A stretch of 64,000 bases of DNA from Torpedo marmorata (taxonomy: Eukaryota), in the NCBI GenBank assembly GCA_977017645.1, contig OZ360223.1:209436001-209500000 (forward strand), given 5' to 3'. Below are positions 51,526 through 63,844 of this stretch, one piece after another. Made by a program: the position numbers and the translations under genes. The notes beneath the pieces are model-generated. The model saw nothing but the letters and a program-made list of their open reading frames with translations. It was not told where the DNA came from and made no database searches. Position 1 is the stretch's first letter. Every line of letters starts with the position of its first letter.

Positions 51526-51989
51526 ATAGTGTGTAGGCTTGACTGAGTTTACCTCACAGGTTCAAACTGGAAAGAGTCAAGGCTAGTAGATCTACTACCC
51601 CTGAACTAGGTTGTTATTAACCAACCCACAAGAATTTATCTGGCCTTGATCTCTCATGACACGGATGGATGCTCTTAAACCACTTCCAGACATGCATCGG
51701 CCAGAGTTCAACCCACAAGTCTGGATGGGGATATTATAATAATGGGATGGTTCAGACATTGCTGCTTATCATCATACTGGCCTACCATTTGCATTTGGTG
51801 CATGATGACAGCACTAAACACTGTGCTTCATCAGCATGGCTGGGTCGAGCAAAATGCTTAAAAAATACCGATTGTGTGGTTTGGATTGAGCACACTTGGA
51901 GATGAAGTTCAGAACCAGTGAGGGCACTTGTGTGGCTATAAAACCTTTTTAATTGGAGACTTGATTTTCTTCTTCTCCTTTGCTTTGCA

Positions 51990-52960
51990 ATATTTATAAG
52001 AATTTCAAGACAAAGTGAACTGGAATTATGAGTTACTAATGGAGGTGTAAACAAATTTATTTCTCAAATGTATAGATTATTACAGAGAAAAATGCCTAAA
52101 GTAGGAATTTACAAATCAAGATTAAAATGGGAATCAGATTTGAATGTAACAATAGATGAAAAACATTGGAAAGAATTATGTAAATTAAGTATGACTAAAA
52201 TTATTAATGTCAGATATAGATTAGTGCAATATAATTTTTTCCATCAATTATATTTAACACCTAAAAAATTAAAGAAATTTAATCTGACACTATCAGGTTT
52301 ATGTTTTAGATGTAATAGAGAAGAAGGTTCTTTGTACATTCTACATGGCTTTGTCCAAAGATATATGATTTTTGGTTGAAAGTTAAAAAGTTTTTAGACA
52401 AAGTATTAAGAATTACACTCCCAATGGATCCTATGATATTTTTATTTGGAGATATTAAAAGAATTAGTACCAAGATGAAATTAAATATGTATCAAATAGA
52501 ATTTTTGCGAATTGCTTTAGCTGTTTCTAAGAAATGTATTGCTATTACTTGGAAATCTGATGTAGACTTAGGGTTAGAAAGGTGGCATGCAGAGCTTCGT
52601 TCATGTATACCACTTGAAAAAATTACTTACAATTTACGTAATAAATATCATTTCTTTTTGAAAACATGGAGCCCATATATAAAAACGGTTGGTTTAAGGA
52701 TTTGAAGATCTCTGGATATCAGATCTGACTGGTGACCCTATTTTCCACAATAAAATTAGTTTATAGTTGTTCTATTTTTTAGATTGACATTCTCCTTATA
52801 TCTTTTTCTTTTCTATTTTATAGATTAGTAGGGGTGGGAGGGTTAGGGTGGGGAGGGGGGCTGGGGGGGAGAAAATATATCACATGTATTTTGATAATTT
52901 TGCATTTTATACAGTGTATTGTGTGATTTAAAATTTTAAATAAAATATTTTTTTTAAAAA
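51990..52960 (+). mobile_element. L1-clade LINE 3' end (frameshifted)
   Basis: KWESDL...YRLVQYNFFHQLYLTP...CFRC...H..W.CP zinc knuckle, KKCIAITWK; G-rich 3' UTR and AATAAA. Confidence 0.85.
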
Positions 52961-53489
52961 AGAATTTCATTCTTTTACACAGTTCCCAATTATTAGTCTT
53001 CCCTTTCTCTGTGTGAATACTCTTGAAAGTCTGTGCATCACACACAACATTGTAACATTGCTTGCAATTAGGCCCATATTCCATTACTCCTTTCTATGAG
53101 TGCTACTTTTTTCAAGGAGGCTTTTGGTAAAATCCTTGACCCCTGTTCTCCTTTTGCTATGAAGGTATAATCTCTTTAGACCTCATCTCTGCGGTGTTCA
53201 AAATCGTACCTTAAAGTTGGTTACAAATTCACATTTGTACCTCTTATTTTTCACTTGTTTTCCTCTTGGATTGTATGCTGTGGCCCAGGCATGGTCGCAT
53301 TAGGTGAAACATAACCTTTGAAAGACAAAGGCATCCAATCTTAAGGCAAACTTAGCTTTAAACAAACAGCATTTATCCATCACTGAGAATGCCTGTTTTC
53401 ATTAATCACACAATATAATGTTTATGTGCCCCTTTTAGAAACAATTGTCTAGTCAGAAATGTAATACTTTAAAATCTGCCATGCAAGGT

Positions 53490-54200
53490 CTTTGACAAGG
53501 TCTTGCGTGGCAGGTTGGTCTGAAAGGTTAGATCACATGGGATCCAAGGGGAGCTGGCCAATTGGAATCAAAATCGGCTTGGAGGAAGGAATCAGAGGGT
53601 AGTAGTGGAGGGATGTTTTTCTGATTGGAGGCCTGTGACCAGTGGTGTGCTGCAGCAGTCAGTGCTGGGTTCACTTTTGTTTATTATCTATATTTAAAAT
53701 TTGGATGGCAATGTAGATAACGTGATTAGTAAATTTGTGGATGACATCAATATTGGTGGCGTAGCAGACAGTGAGGATGGATATCTAAGTTTAGAACAGG
53801 ATCTAGATCAGTTGGGAAGTTGGGCCAAGGAGTGGCAAATGGAATTTAACTCTGACAACTGTGAGGTGTTGCACTTTAGCAAGTAAAAAAAAAAGGTGAC
53901 TGATAGGGCCCTGAAGAGTATTGTGGAACAGAGACTGAGGGCAACAGGTGCGCAGTTCCCTGAAAATGGAAACCCAGCTGCACAAGATGGTGAAGAAGGT
54001 GTTTGGCACACTTGCTTTCATTGGGTGGGGTATTGAATGCAAACGTTGGTGGAATTTTGATATTTAAAAGATATTTGGACATATATATGGATAGCAAGGG
54101 TTTAGAAGGATATGGACCAAATGCAGGCAAATGTGATGAGCCCAGAATGATGAGTTGGGCTAAAGGGCCTAATCTGTGCTGTATCACTCTATGATTCTAT
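53490..54200 (+). mobile_element. Decayed CR1 fragment
   Basis: ISKFVDDINIGG...WAKEWQMEFNSDNCEVLHF; tail actctatgattctatg. Confidence 0.85.
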
Positions 54201-54332
54201 GTATACCAATGACAGAATTTGCAGTATTAATTAAAAGGTGTTTTAATTCCCACTCAACAAATTTAAAAGAGGGCAGTAATACCTGTTAGGTATTTTGGCA
54301 CAGCAATGTTTGCTGTGTATACCTGTATACCG

Positions 54333-54870
54333 TATAGAATCACACAGTGCAGAAACAGGTGCCTTCAGCCCAATTTGGCTATGCCAACTTTGTGGTCCTC
54401 TTATTTGCCTGCATAAGGCCCCTATTCCTCTATTCCTATCTGAGTACCTACCCAAACACTTTTTCAGCATGTAATAGTACCTGCCTCCACCTCCTACTCT
54501 GGCAGCTCATTCCAGATATTCACCATTCTGTGTGGTAAAACAACCTTCAGGTCTCCTTTAAATTATTTCCTTCTCACCTTCAACGTGTGTCTTCTATTTC
54601 TAGACTCCTCTGCCCTGGCAAAATGATTCTTACTATATACCCTATCCATGCCCTCATAATCTTATAAATCTGTATAAAGTCATCTTCCAGCCTCCCATGT
54701 TCCAGTAATGATAAACCAAGCCTATTCGATCTCTTCATATTACTACAGCCATCCATACCTGGCAACATCCTGATAAATCTCTATTGATATAACATCCTTC
54801 CTCTGGTGTGGTGCCCAGAACTATACACAATATTTGAAGTGCAGTCAAACCAATGTTTTGTACAGCTGAA
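54333..54870 (-). mobile_element. Decayed CR1 3' fragment
   Basis: MLPGMDGCS..RSNRLGLSLLEHGRLEDDFIQIYKIMR. Confidence 0.8.
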
Positions 54871-57026
54871 ACTCGAGTGAACGTAGCTCCAAAGAAATGG
54901 CAAGTTGTGATTAAATATTGATCGTTACTGCATTTTTTTTGTGAATCCAATGCACTTTTATGAATCCAAAGGTTCCTCCTGTTTGTTGTCAATTCTGGGT
55001 GCAACGGAAGTCCCTTGGCTGCCCATGGTTTGTATGGCAAGATTTTCAACTCAGTCGGCTTCTGTCAAGAATAACACTGAACATGAGCAGAGATATAAAA
55101 GAGTTTGATAAGTACAGAATAATGCATATGTAGGAGTGATTACAAGGTCGAAAGCTTAAGGAAACAGAATCAGCAAATGTTTGTGTTCTTTAAGATGAAG
55201 GAGTTTCATGCTGGGTGGAAGGGATCAATTCCCTTAATAATTTTCAACCAAAGCCTCAAAGGAATATCCCCTGCAGTGCCAGTGCAATAGTTCTATTTCC
55301 CACATCTATCATTCTTGTGGCTTCATCGAGTAACACTGGTAATTGATGCCAAATAGAGCTTAACTATGGGCACTTAGACCTATGGACCTGTGCCCACTTG
55401 GAATGAAATTGCCACATACTCATGGAGCTAACAATCACTTACAGGCCACAGAGATTATCATCCGTCAGTCTGGGGTCGATTAAAACCCAAACCCTGGAGA
55501 TGAAAGAACAATTAAATTAACTTTTTTTAAAACACACCGAATAGTGAATTAATAACAACTCCTGCAAAGTGAAACATGACTTTTCATAGATAGAGGCATG
55601 AAACCCTTATGGTAAAATAAGTTTTGAACAAACATTATCAATCCAACACTGACAAATGTTCCCCTAAGATCCCATTTTCAGTAATTACATAAATAATACA
55701 GGGTGCTTTGTTACATGAGAAAAGAATAATGAAGTATAATACTTTTTAAAAGTTATAATTCCCGCATGTTAAATTTGTTTTCCTCTCTTTAGGTACTCTC
55801 CCATTATCACAGCCAAATGAAAAGGTTTTTGGTGCTGCTGCTGAGTTAATATTGGCCTGGTGTTGCATCGTAATCAGTTCATTCTCTACTCTTGCCTCTG
55901 AGGAAATGATATTTTACTCTCTGTTCCTTTCTGACAATTAAGATCAGGGAAATGATAAATATAAATCAGTACGTTATCACCATCCTAAAGAAATTTATGG
56001 GATCTAGTGTGGCATCACCAGCCTTGCATTGAAATATTTCAGAGATCAGCCAGAACTATTTATTCTCATAATCTGAAGATGACTCACTCTTAATTGTGAA
56101 AGGCTAATTAACATCAGAACACGACTCAATCTTGATGGTATCATTGTTACAAATGATAAAGCCAGAAATTTTGTAACAAAACATGCCTAAAAACTATAAT
56201 ACTGCAAAATTAAGATTTACAGTACAGTAACACAAGAATAGAAATAAACTATTTGACTCCTTGAGCCAGTTCCATCATTCAATTCATGACCTAACTCCCT
56301 TTTCCCCATGTTCCTTAATATATTTGATTAACAATAATCTATCAATCTCAGATTTAAGATAAACTATTGACCTCACATCAACTGCAAAAGCAAGTTCCAA
56401 ACTTCTACAAAACCATATGCGTTGAAGAGTTTTGTGGCTTTGTTCTTGAAAGGACTGAATCATAGAACACTCCAGCACAAAAACAGGCCCTTTGGCCCTT
56501 CTAGTCTGTGCTGAACTATTTTTCTGCCTCGTCCCACTGACCTGCACCTGGACCATGTCCCTCCATACCCCTCCCATCCATATACCCATCCAAATTCTTC
56601 TTAAATGTCAAAATTGAGCCTGCATTTACCAATTCAACCGGCAGCGCGTTCCACACTCCCACCACTCTCTGCATGAAGAAGTTCCCCCTAATAGTCATCT
56701 CGGGCCCGTTGCTGGAAGAGGAGAAGCGAGGGACTCGGGAGAGGTGTGAGTGTCGGGAACCAGCTTGAGGTGAGTGCATTTAAAAAGGGAGCGGGGGGCA
56801 AGTTAAGGGTTAAACAGAACGGTGATTGGTGGGAGGAGTAATAAAGATAAGGGGCAGTGACAAATAAAAAGAGGGGTAGCTCAAGAGGAGCGGCCAGTGT
56901 GTGAGTGGCTCAGGGTAGGAGTGGGACTTTGGCTCACGAGGCTTCGGCGAGAAGAGGCTGAGGACGAGCTTGTTTCCAGCAAGGTAAGGCCAGGTAGGAT
57001 CTTTGTATTTAAATTATGAAGAGTCA

Positions 57027-57957
57027 ATGGAGACAGCAGCCAGGGCAGTGGAATGCTCCGAGTGCAACATGTCGGAAATCTGGGACAGTACAATTGTCCC
57101 TGAAGACTACACCTGCAAGAGGTGCATCCAGCTGCAGCTCCTGGGAGACCGAGTTAGGGAACTGCAGCTGGAGCTAGATGAACTCCAGATCATTCGGGAG
57201 GCAGAGATAGTGATAGAGAGGAGCTTCAGGGAGACAGTCACCCCCAAAAGTCAGGAGGCAGGTAGCTGGGTGACTGTTAGGAGAGGGAAGGGGAATAGGC
57301 AGACAGTGCAGAGCACCACTGTGGCCGTTCCCCTCAATAATAAGTATACTGTTTTGGATACTGTTGGGGGGAACGATCTACCAGGGACAAGTCATGGTGG
57401 TCACGTCTCTAGCGCAGAGGCTGGCCCCTCGGCTCAGAAGGGAAGGGGAAAAAAGAGGAGAGCTTTGGTGATTGGGGATTAGTTGGTTGGGAGAGCAGAT
57501 AGGAGGTTCTGTGAATGAGATCGAGGCTCCCGAATGGTATGTTGCCTCCCATGTGCCAGGGTCAGGGATGTCTCTGATCGAGTTCACAGCATTCTGGAGG
57601 GGGAGGGTGAGCAGCCAGATGTCGTGGTCCACGTGGGGACCAAAGACATAGATAGGAGTAGCGATGAGGGAATATAGGGAGTTAGGAAGGAAGTTAAAAA
57701 GCAGGACCTCAGGGGTGGTAATATCAGGTTTGCTGCCTGTGCCACGCACCAGAGAGGGTAGGAATAGGAAGTTGTGGCAGATGAATGCGTGGCTGAAGAG
57801 TTGATGCAGGGGGCAGGGGTTCAGATTTGTGGATCATTGGGATCTCTTCTGGGGAAGGTCTGACCTTTACAAAAAGGACGGGCTGCACCTGAACTGAAAA
57901 GGGACCAATATCCTGGTGGGCAGGTTTGCTAGAGCTGTTGGGGAGGTTTTAAACTAG
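57027..57957 (+). pseudogene. CR1 ORF1 (zinc finger/coiled coil + SGNH esterase), disrupted
   Basis: CSECNM..CKRC, RVRELQLELDELQ, ALVIGD*, VVVHVGT, DGLHLN; several in-frame stops. Confidence 0.85.
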
Positions 57958-57983
57958 TTTGTCATGGGGGTGGGAACCAGAAT

Positions 57984-60180
57984 GTGAGTGCAGAAAATAG
58001 GGTAGAAGGTCAAAAGCATGATGCTATGTGTTCTGAGTCTGTGAGGAAGGACAGGCAGGGGACAAAACATAAATATAGCCAATTAGAGGGTTTTAAATGT
58101 GTCTATTTCAACGCTAGGAGTATTAGGAATAAAGGGGATGAACTTAGAACATGGATCAGTACGTGGAACTATGATGTTGTGGCCGTTACAGAGACTTGGC
58201 TGGAGGAAGGGCAGGATTGGCTGATGCAGGTACTGGGATTTAGGTGTTTTAAAAGGAATAGGATGGGAGGTATGAGAGGGGGGAGAGTAGCATTACTGGT
58301 CAGGGATAGTATCACGGCTATAGAAAGGGAGGACGCTGCAGAGGGAGTGTTTACTGAGATGGTGTGGGTGGAAGTCATAAATAGGAAGGGAGCAATCACT
58401 GTACTAGGAATAGTCTATAGGCCCCCAAATAGCCCTCGGGACACTGAGGATCATATAAGCAGGCAGATTTTGGAATGGTGCGGGAAATACAGGGTTGTAG
58501 TTATGGGTGATTTCAACTTCCCTAATATTGACTGGCACTTCCTCACTGCAAGAGGTATAGATGGGGCTGAATTTGTCAGGAGTGTTCAAGAAGGATTCCT
58601 GACACAGAGAAAAGGACCTTGATCAGGGTGAGGTCAAAATAGAACAGGCGTGTGTGCTGGACAATGTGGAGATTAAGGAAGAGGAGGTGTTGGATCTTCT
58701 TAAAAACATCAAGATTGATAAGTCCCCGGGGCTGGACCCGATATACCCCAGGTTGCTGTGGGAAGTGAGGGAAGAGATAGCTGGAGCAGCAGCTATGATC
58801 TTTGAGTCCTCTTTAGCCACAGGGGTGGTGCCAGAGGATTGTAGAATGGCAAATGTAGTCCCCTTGTTTTGAAAAGGTAATAGGGAGAATCCTGGGAATT
58901 ATAGACCGGTGAGTCTTACGTCAGTGGTGTGCAAACTATTGGAGAGGATTCTTAAGGATAGGATCTATGAGCATTTGGAGAAGTACAGTCTACTCAAGGA
59001 TAGTCAGCATGGCTTTGTGAAGGGAAGGTCGTGCCTCACGAGCCTAATTGAATTTTTTGAGGAGGTAACAAAATAAATTTATGAGGGTAGGGCGGTAGAT
59101 GTCTATATGGATTTTAGTAAGGCATTTGACAAGGTCCCTGCATGAGAGACTCGTTCAGAAAGTCATGAGGCATGGGATCCATGGAACATTGGCTGTGTGG
59201 ATAAAAAATTGGCTTGCAGGTAGAAAGCAGAGAGTTGTAGTGGAAGGAAAGTATTCTGCCTGGAGGTTGGTGACTAGTAGGGTACCGTAAGGATCTGTTC
59301 TGGGACCCCTGCTCTTTGTGATTTTTATAAATAACCTGGATGAAGAGGCGGAATGATGGGTCAGTAAGTTAGCGGATGATACAAAGTTTGGAGGAGTTGT
59401 GGATGGAGCTGAAGGTTGTCGAAGGTTACAAGAGGATATAGACAGGATGCAGAGTTTGGCGGAGAAATGGCAGATGGAGTTCAATCTGGATAAGTGTGAG
59501 GTGATGCATTTTGGAAGGACAAACCAGAAGGCTGAGTACAGGGTTAATGGTCGGTTACTTAAGAGTGTGGATGAACAGAGGGACCTTGTGGTCCAAATCC
59601 ATACGTCCCTCAAGGTCGCCGCACAGGTTGATAGGATAGTTAAGAAGGCCTATGGGATGCTGGATTTCGTTAATAGGGGGATTAAGTTCAAGAGTAGAGA
59701 GGTTATATTGCAACTCTACAAATCTCTGGTGAGACCACACTTAGAGTATTGTGTTCAGTTCTGGTCACCTCATTATAGGAAGGATATGGAAGCTATGGAG
59801 AGGGTGCAGAGGAGATTTACCAGGATGTTACTTGGAGTGGAAAATAAGTCTTATGAGGCAAGGTTAGCAGAGCTGGGACTTTTCTCTTTGAAGCATAGAA
59901 GGATGAGAGGAGATTTAATAGAGGTCTACAAGATTATGAGAGGCATAGATAAGGTGGACAGCCAGCGTCTGTTTCCCAGGGCAGGAATAGCAAGCCAGAG
60001 GACATTTGTACAAAGGGAAGTTTAGGGGAGACATCAGGGGTGTTTTTAATGCAGAGAGTTGTGGGTGCCTGGAATGCCTTGCCAGGGATGGTGGTGGAGG
60101 CTGAAACATTAGGGGCATTTAAGAGACTCTTAGACAGGCACATGGATGGAATAAAAATAGAGGGTTATGGGGTAGGGAGG
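57984..60180 (+). pseudogene. CR1 ORF2 (APE endonuclease + reverse transcriptase), disrupted, with an internal deletion near 58605
   Basis: YFNARSIRNK, AVTETWL, YRPPN, MGDFNFPNIDW; KSPGLDPIYPRLL; NYRPVSLTS; ADDTK; stops and frameshifts. Confidence 0.9.
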
Positions 60181-60820
60181 GTTTAGTACTTTTTTTTTAA
60201 GGAATATATGGGTCGTCACAACATCGAGGGCCGAAGGGCCTGTACTGTACTGTAGTGTTCTATGTTCTATGTTCCCTTTAAACTTTTCCCCTTTCACCCT
60301 TAACCCATGCCTGCTTGTTTTTATCTCATCTAACCTCAGTGGAAAAAAGCCCGCTTGCATTTACTCTATCTATACCCATCATAATTTTGTATACCTCTAT
60401 CAAATCTCCCATCATTTTCTTTGCTCCAGGGAATAATGTACTAACCTGTTTAGCCTGTTTAACCCTGTAACTCAGTTCTGTAATTTTCAGATAAGTCCCC
60501 CGAGCCTAAACATTCCAAATAGTGTAAATATATTTTTCTCCATCCAGCGACCCGGGTTCGAATCTGGTACTGTCTGTGACGGGTTTGTACGTTCTCCCCA
60601 TGTCCGTGTGGGTTTTCTCTGGGTGCTCAGTTTTCCTTCCACATTTCAAAGACATAAAAGGTTAGAAGGTTAATTGGTCACATGGGTATACCGTATATTT
60701 CGGCGTATAAGTCGACCCTTGAAACCCTCAAAAATGTCTCAAAAAACGGGGGTCGACTTATACGCCGGATATACTTTTGAGACCTTAAAATCAGCTCAAA
60801 ATCGAGTTCACGGCGATCCG

Positions 60821-60967
60821 GCGTATAAGTCGACCCCTGAAAACACGGTTCCGCGTATAAGTCGACCCCTGAAAACACGGTTCCGCGTATAAGTCGACCC
60901 CTGAAAACACGATTCCGCGTATAAGTCGACCCCTGAAAACACGATTCGGCGTATAAGTCGACCCCTG
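60821..60967. repeat. 32-bp tandem repeat (~4.6 copies) of the TIR core inside the transposon
   Basis: Unit gcgtataagtcgacccctgaaaacacggttcc starts at 60821, 60853, 60885, 60917 and 60949. Confidence 0.9.
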
Positions 60968-61034
60968 CAAAACCAAAAAAAAACCCGACTGCAACAAATT
61001 TTCATTGACATTTTAATTGAAAACAACAAGACAT

Positions 61035-62372
61035 TTAGAACCCTTCAAAATCACTTTCGCTATCATCGTCTGAGGCAAAGATCTCGGCAAGCACATCCGG
61101 GGTCTCACTGTTTAAACAGTCATCGTACGGGTCCCAGTCTGTATCTGATGAGGCGTCTTCAGCTTCGTCGTCAGTGTCCCACAATAAATCATCTTCCGTA
61201 CCATCAATTGCACAAGAGATACCGCACTTTTTAAACGATTTTATTATAGTCTCTACTTTCACTTTGTCCCATGCCTTGAGCACGAAGTCACACAGCACAT
61301 CAAGCGATGCAGCACGCATTGCCCCGCCTTTTGTAAATGATTTTTCTGCACTCGACATCCATGTATTCCACTCTTCACGCACGTGGTCTTTGAATGGCTT
61401 GTTCAAGCAGACATCGAGAGGTTGCAATATAGACGTCAAACCACCCGGGATAACCGCCATGTGAGTATTATGTTGTGCTAATGTACTTTTAGTCTTCTCA
61501 GTTAAGTGGCTACGAAACATATCCCAGACCAGCAAACTCCGTTCCTTGCGTAAACCGCCTGGCCGCCTGTTCCACACATTGTCTATCCATAGTTTTACAC
61601 CATTTTCATCCATCCATCCTTTTTCATGAAAATGTACAAAAATACCTGCAGGGAATTTTATTTTAGGTTTAAATTTGCGTTTGAAGATTACCATGGGTCT
61701 TAACTTTGTCCCGTCGGCCATGCACGATAACACCACGGTAAACCTGGTCCTTTCATGTCCTGTACTCCTCATTTGCACAGTTTTCACACCTTTCCATTCC
61801 ACTGTTCTATTGCCTATCATGTCAAAATTCATGGGGGTTTCGTCCATGTTTCCAATATTTGCCAATGCAAACTTGTGTTTCTTCCGGTTACGTAAAATAA
61901 ACTGGTGAAAACTTACAACTTTATGATCAAGATCTTTTGGTAGTTTCTGAGCAATTTTAGTTTTTTGTCGTAATACCAGATTTTTCCTGTTCATAAAACG
62001 GTTGCACCAGCCTACTGAAGCTTCAAAATCATTACTGAGTTCTGGGTGCGACTTTGCCCAGTTCAGTGCAAATGTCCTTATTTTATTTCGGGTGACTATG
62101 TAGCAATCTTGCCTCTGTTCACGTACCCATGCTGCTACATGATTTTCCAACTCTGGCCAACGAGTGATTCCTCTTCTCATGGAACATTGCCTTTTTGGTA
62201 TTTTTCTTAAAGTCTCTTCTTTCTTCCTCCAATCTCTTACCAACTTCTCATATATACCAAATTTTCTTGCAGCAGCACAGTTGTTGGTTTTCTTTGCCAT
62301 TTCTACTACTTTCAATTTAAAACTCGCCTCATACTTTCGTCGTTTCAATTGAGCCTTCAATGGAGCCTCCAT
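61035..62372 (-). CDS. pogo/Passer transposase, 445 aa from the first ATG (Brinker-type HTH + CENP-B HTH + DDE_1)
   Basis: KRRKYEASFKLKVV..NNCAAARKFGI..KLVRDWRK (BrkDBD-like); WPELENHVAAWV..FEASVGWCNRFMNR (CENP-B HTH); catalytic NMDETP, LVWDMFRSH, QPLDVCLNKPFK with 35 residues between D2 and D3; acidic tail; no stops; ATTAAA just downstream of the stop codon. Confidence 0.93.
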   Translation of the reverse strand: MEAPLKAQLKRRKYEASFKLKVVEMAKKTNNCAAARKFGIYEKLVRDWRKKEETLRKIPKRQCSMRRGITRWPELENHVAAWVREQRQDCYIVTRNKIRTFALNWAKSHPELSNDFEASVGWCNRFMNRKNLVLRQKTKIAQKLPKDLDHKVVSFHQFILRNRKKHKFALANIGNMDETPMNFDMIGNRTVEWKGVKTVQMRSTGHERTRFTVVLSCMADGTKLRPMVIFKRKFKPKIKFPAGIFVHFHEKGWMDENGVKLWIDNVWNRRPGGLRKERSLLVWDMFRSHLTEKTKSTLAQHNTHMAVIPGGLTSILQPLDVCLNKPFKDHVREEWNTWMSSAEKSFTKGGAMRAASLDVLCDFVLKAWDKVKVETIIKSFKKCGISCAIDGTEDDLLWDTDDEAEDASSDTDWDPYDDCLNSETPDVLAEIFASDDDSESDFEGF

Positions 62373-62394
62373 GATAACAATCACCTCCAGCCAA

Positions 62395-62501
62395 CGCCCA
62401 GCAGCTCAATGATCGCGATCGTTATGGGTCGACCTATACGCCGGTCACCGCCCAGCAGCTCAATGATCGCGATCGTTATGGGTCGACCTATACGCCGGTC
62501 A
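62395..62501. repeat. 54-bp tandem duplication upstream of the transposase ORF, each unit with a TIR-core motif
   Basis: cgcccagcagctcaatgatcgcgatcgttatgggtcgacctatacgccggtca at 62395 and 62449. Confidence 0.9.
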
Positions 62502-63628
62502 ATGCGCAACATCTCAGGCATCGAGATTTTTGGGGTCGACTTATACGCCGGATATACCATAAAACCATTAAAATGAGGCTGAAAAAGGGGGGTCGACTTA
62601 TCCGCCGGTCGACTTATACGCCGAAATATACGGTAATTGCGGGCTCGTTTACTGGTAGGACCTGTAACCACACAGTATTTCTAAATTTAAAAATTAAATA
62701 CTGTAACCATTTCCTTAATATCTTGAATAATGAGTTGTTGTCACCCAAACTCAGATCTTTACAGCATGGAATTTGTCACATCCAGTCTGGTTGAGTTGCA
62801 CGCCCTCTATCAATGCACTGATAATGTCACAATCAGCACAAGACTTTGTCTTCAATTCCACGAATAGCCATCACTCGAATTTTTTCTGCATGAAGAATAA
62901 AAGATTATCACCGAGTAATGGTTCTGCCTATGACCATCCAGACAGACAATTAAGAGAGTCCCAGGATAAAAAAGCAACACAAGAGACTGCAGGTGCTGTA
63001 ATCTGGCACAAAAATTCAATTATTCAATTTCCATTCTTCTCCCTGTTAATGTGACTTCAGACCTGTTGTCATTGATTGTTTACTAAACTACCAATAATTA
63101 CATGTGAAGAATGGACACTTGAGTAATTCTTAGTTTCAGGAAACTACCAGTTCTCATGAAGTATTACCCCAAGGGATATAGTAGGTGAGTGGTAATATCC
63201 ACAAATAATTTGATCTGACAAAAATTTTGATGAGTTTCAAAAACAACAAGTACAAATGTACATACTGGTAAATACAACACGACACTTCAAAGCATTGTAA
63301 ACTTCTGATCTTAGTTGCAATGAAAACTAATCCTGGAACACAATTTTACTCCTAGTTCTCCTAGTGCAGTTAGTACGATACAGTTTGAAGATACCATTTT
63401 GTAGATCAATAATGATGGCTTACATTAACAGAGCTAGCAGCAGTAGAAAGTCAGCAAACCAAGCAGTGGCCCATGATACCCAAGTGCTTGCCACCGGCTG
63501 ATACCAGAATACCATGATGTTAGAAAAATAAATCGTTCAGCAGGGGACACATGAAAGACTGCAGATGCTCGAATCTGTAGCTTGCTGGAGGAACTCAGCA
63601 AGTCGACCAGCATCAGTGGGAGAAAGTG

Positions 63629-63843
63629 GGCGGCACGGTTAGCGTAACAGTTAGCGCAACACTATTACAGCACCAGCAACCGGGGTTCGAATCCGGCGCT
63701 GTCTGTAAGGAGTTAGTACGTTCTCCCTGTGTCTGCGTGTGTTTCTTTCGGTGCTCTGGTTTCCTCCCACCCTCCAAAATGTACCGGGATTTTAGGTCAA
63801 TTGGGTGTAATTGGGTGGCACGGGCTCTTGGGCTGAAAGGCCA
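63629..63843 (+). mobile_element. HE1-like V-SINE (3'-truncated)
   Basis: Full head and V domain; stops at gaaaggcc. Confidence 0.9.
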
Positions 63844-63844
63844 G

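Larger units (their letters stand above)
56693..60270 (+). mobile_element. Near full-length CR1 (HER1-like) LINE, inactivated, nested in an antisense CR1 3' fragment (56455-56692 and 60271-60490)
   Basis: 5' UTR, ORF1, ORF2 and (tgttcta)n tail. The host CR1 text gttccccctaat|gttccctttaaac is split by the insertion. Confidence 0.92.
60691..62633 (-). mobile_element. Full-length pogo-superfamily DNA transposon (Passer/POGK-like, DD35D)
   Basis: Perfect 27-bp TIRs CCGTATATTTCGGCGTATAAGTCGACC (60691-60717, 62607-62633). TA TSD at 60689-60690 and 62634-62635. Single open transposase ORF. Confidence 0.95.
60543..62697 (+). mobile_element. HE1-like V-SINE split by the Passer transposon (60543-60690 and 62634-62697)
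   Basis: ggttcgaatc...taattggtcacatgggtaTA[transposon]TAattgcgggctcg...cctgtaacc...ctaaattta. Confidence 0.85.

Noticed and set aside
51940-51995. Possible 5' inversion (twin priming) of the L1 fragment
   Set aside because: Reverse-strand similarity to L1 ORF2 is too weak to judge by eye, and I found no TSD
60821-60967. CRISPR-like array of 32-bp repeats
   Set aside because: Units are head-to-tail with no unique spacers, lie inside a eukaryotic transposon, and there are no cas genes
61035-62384. Domesticated host gene POGK
   Set aside because: No KRAB domain or introns, and it is flanked by perfect TIRs and a TA TSD inside a SINE, so it is a transposon copy
63629-63700. tRNA genes suggested by ggttcgaatcc boxes (also at ~9750, ~32980, ~60556)
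   Set aside because: These are tRNA-derived SINE heads followed by V domain and LINE-like tail; no full cloverleaf
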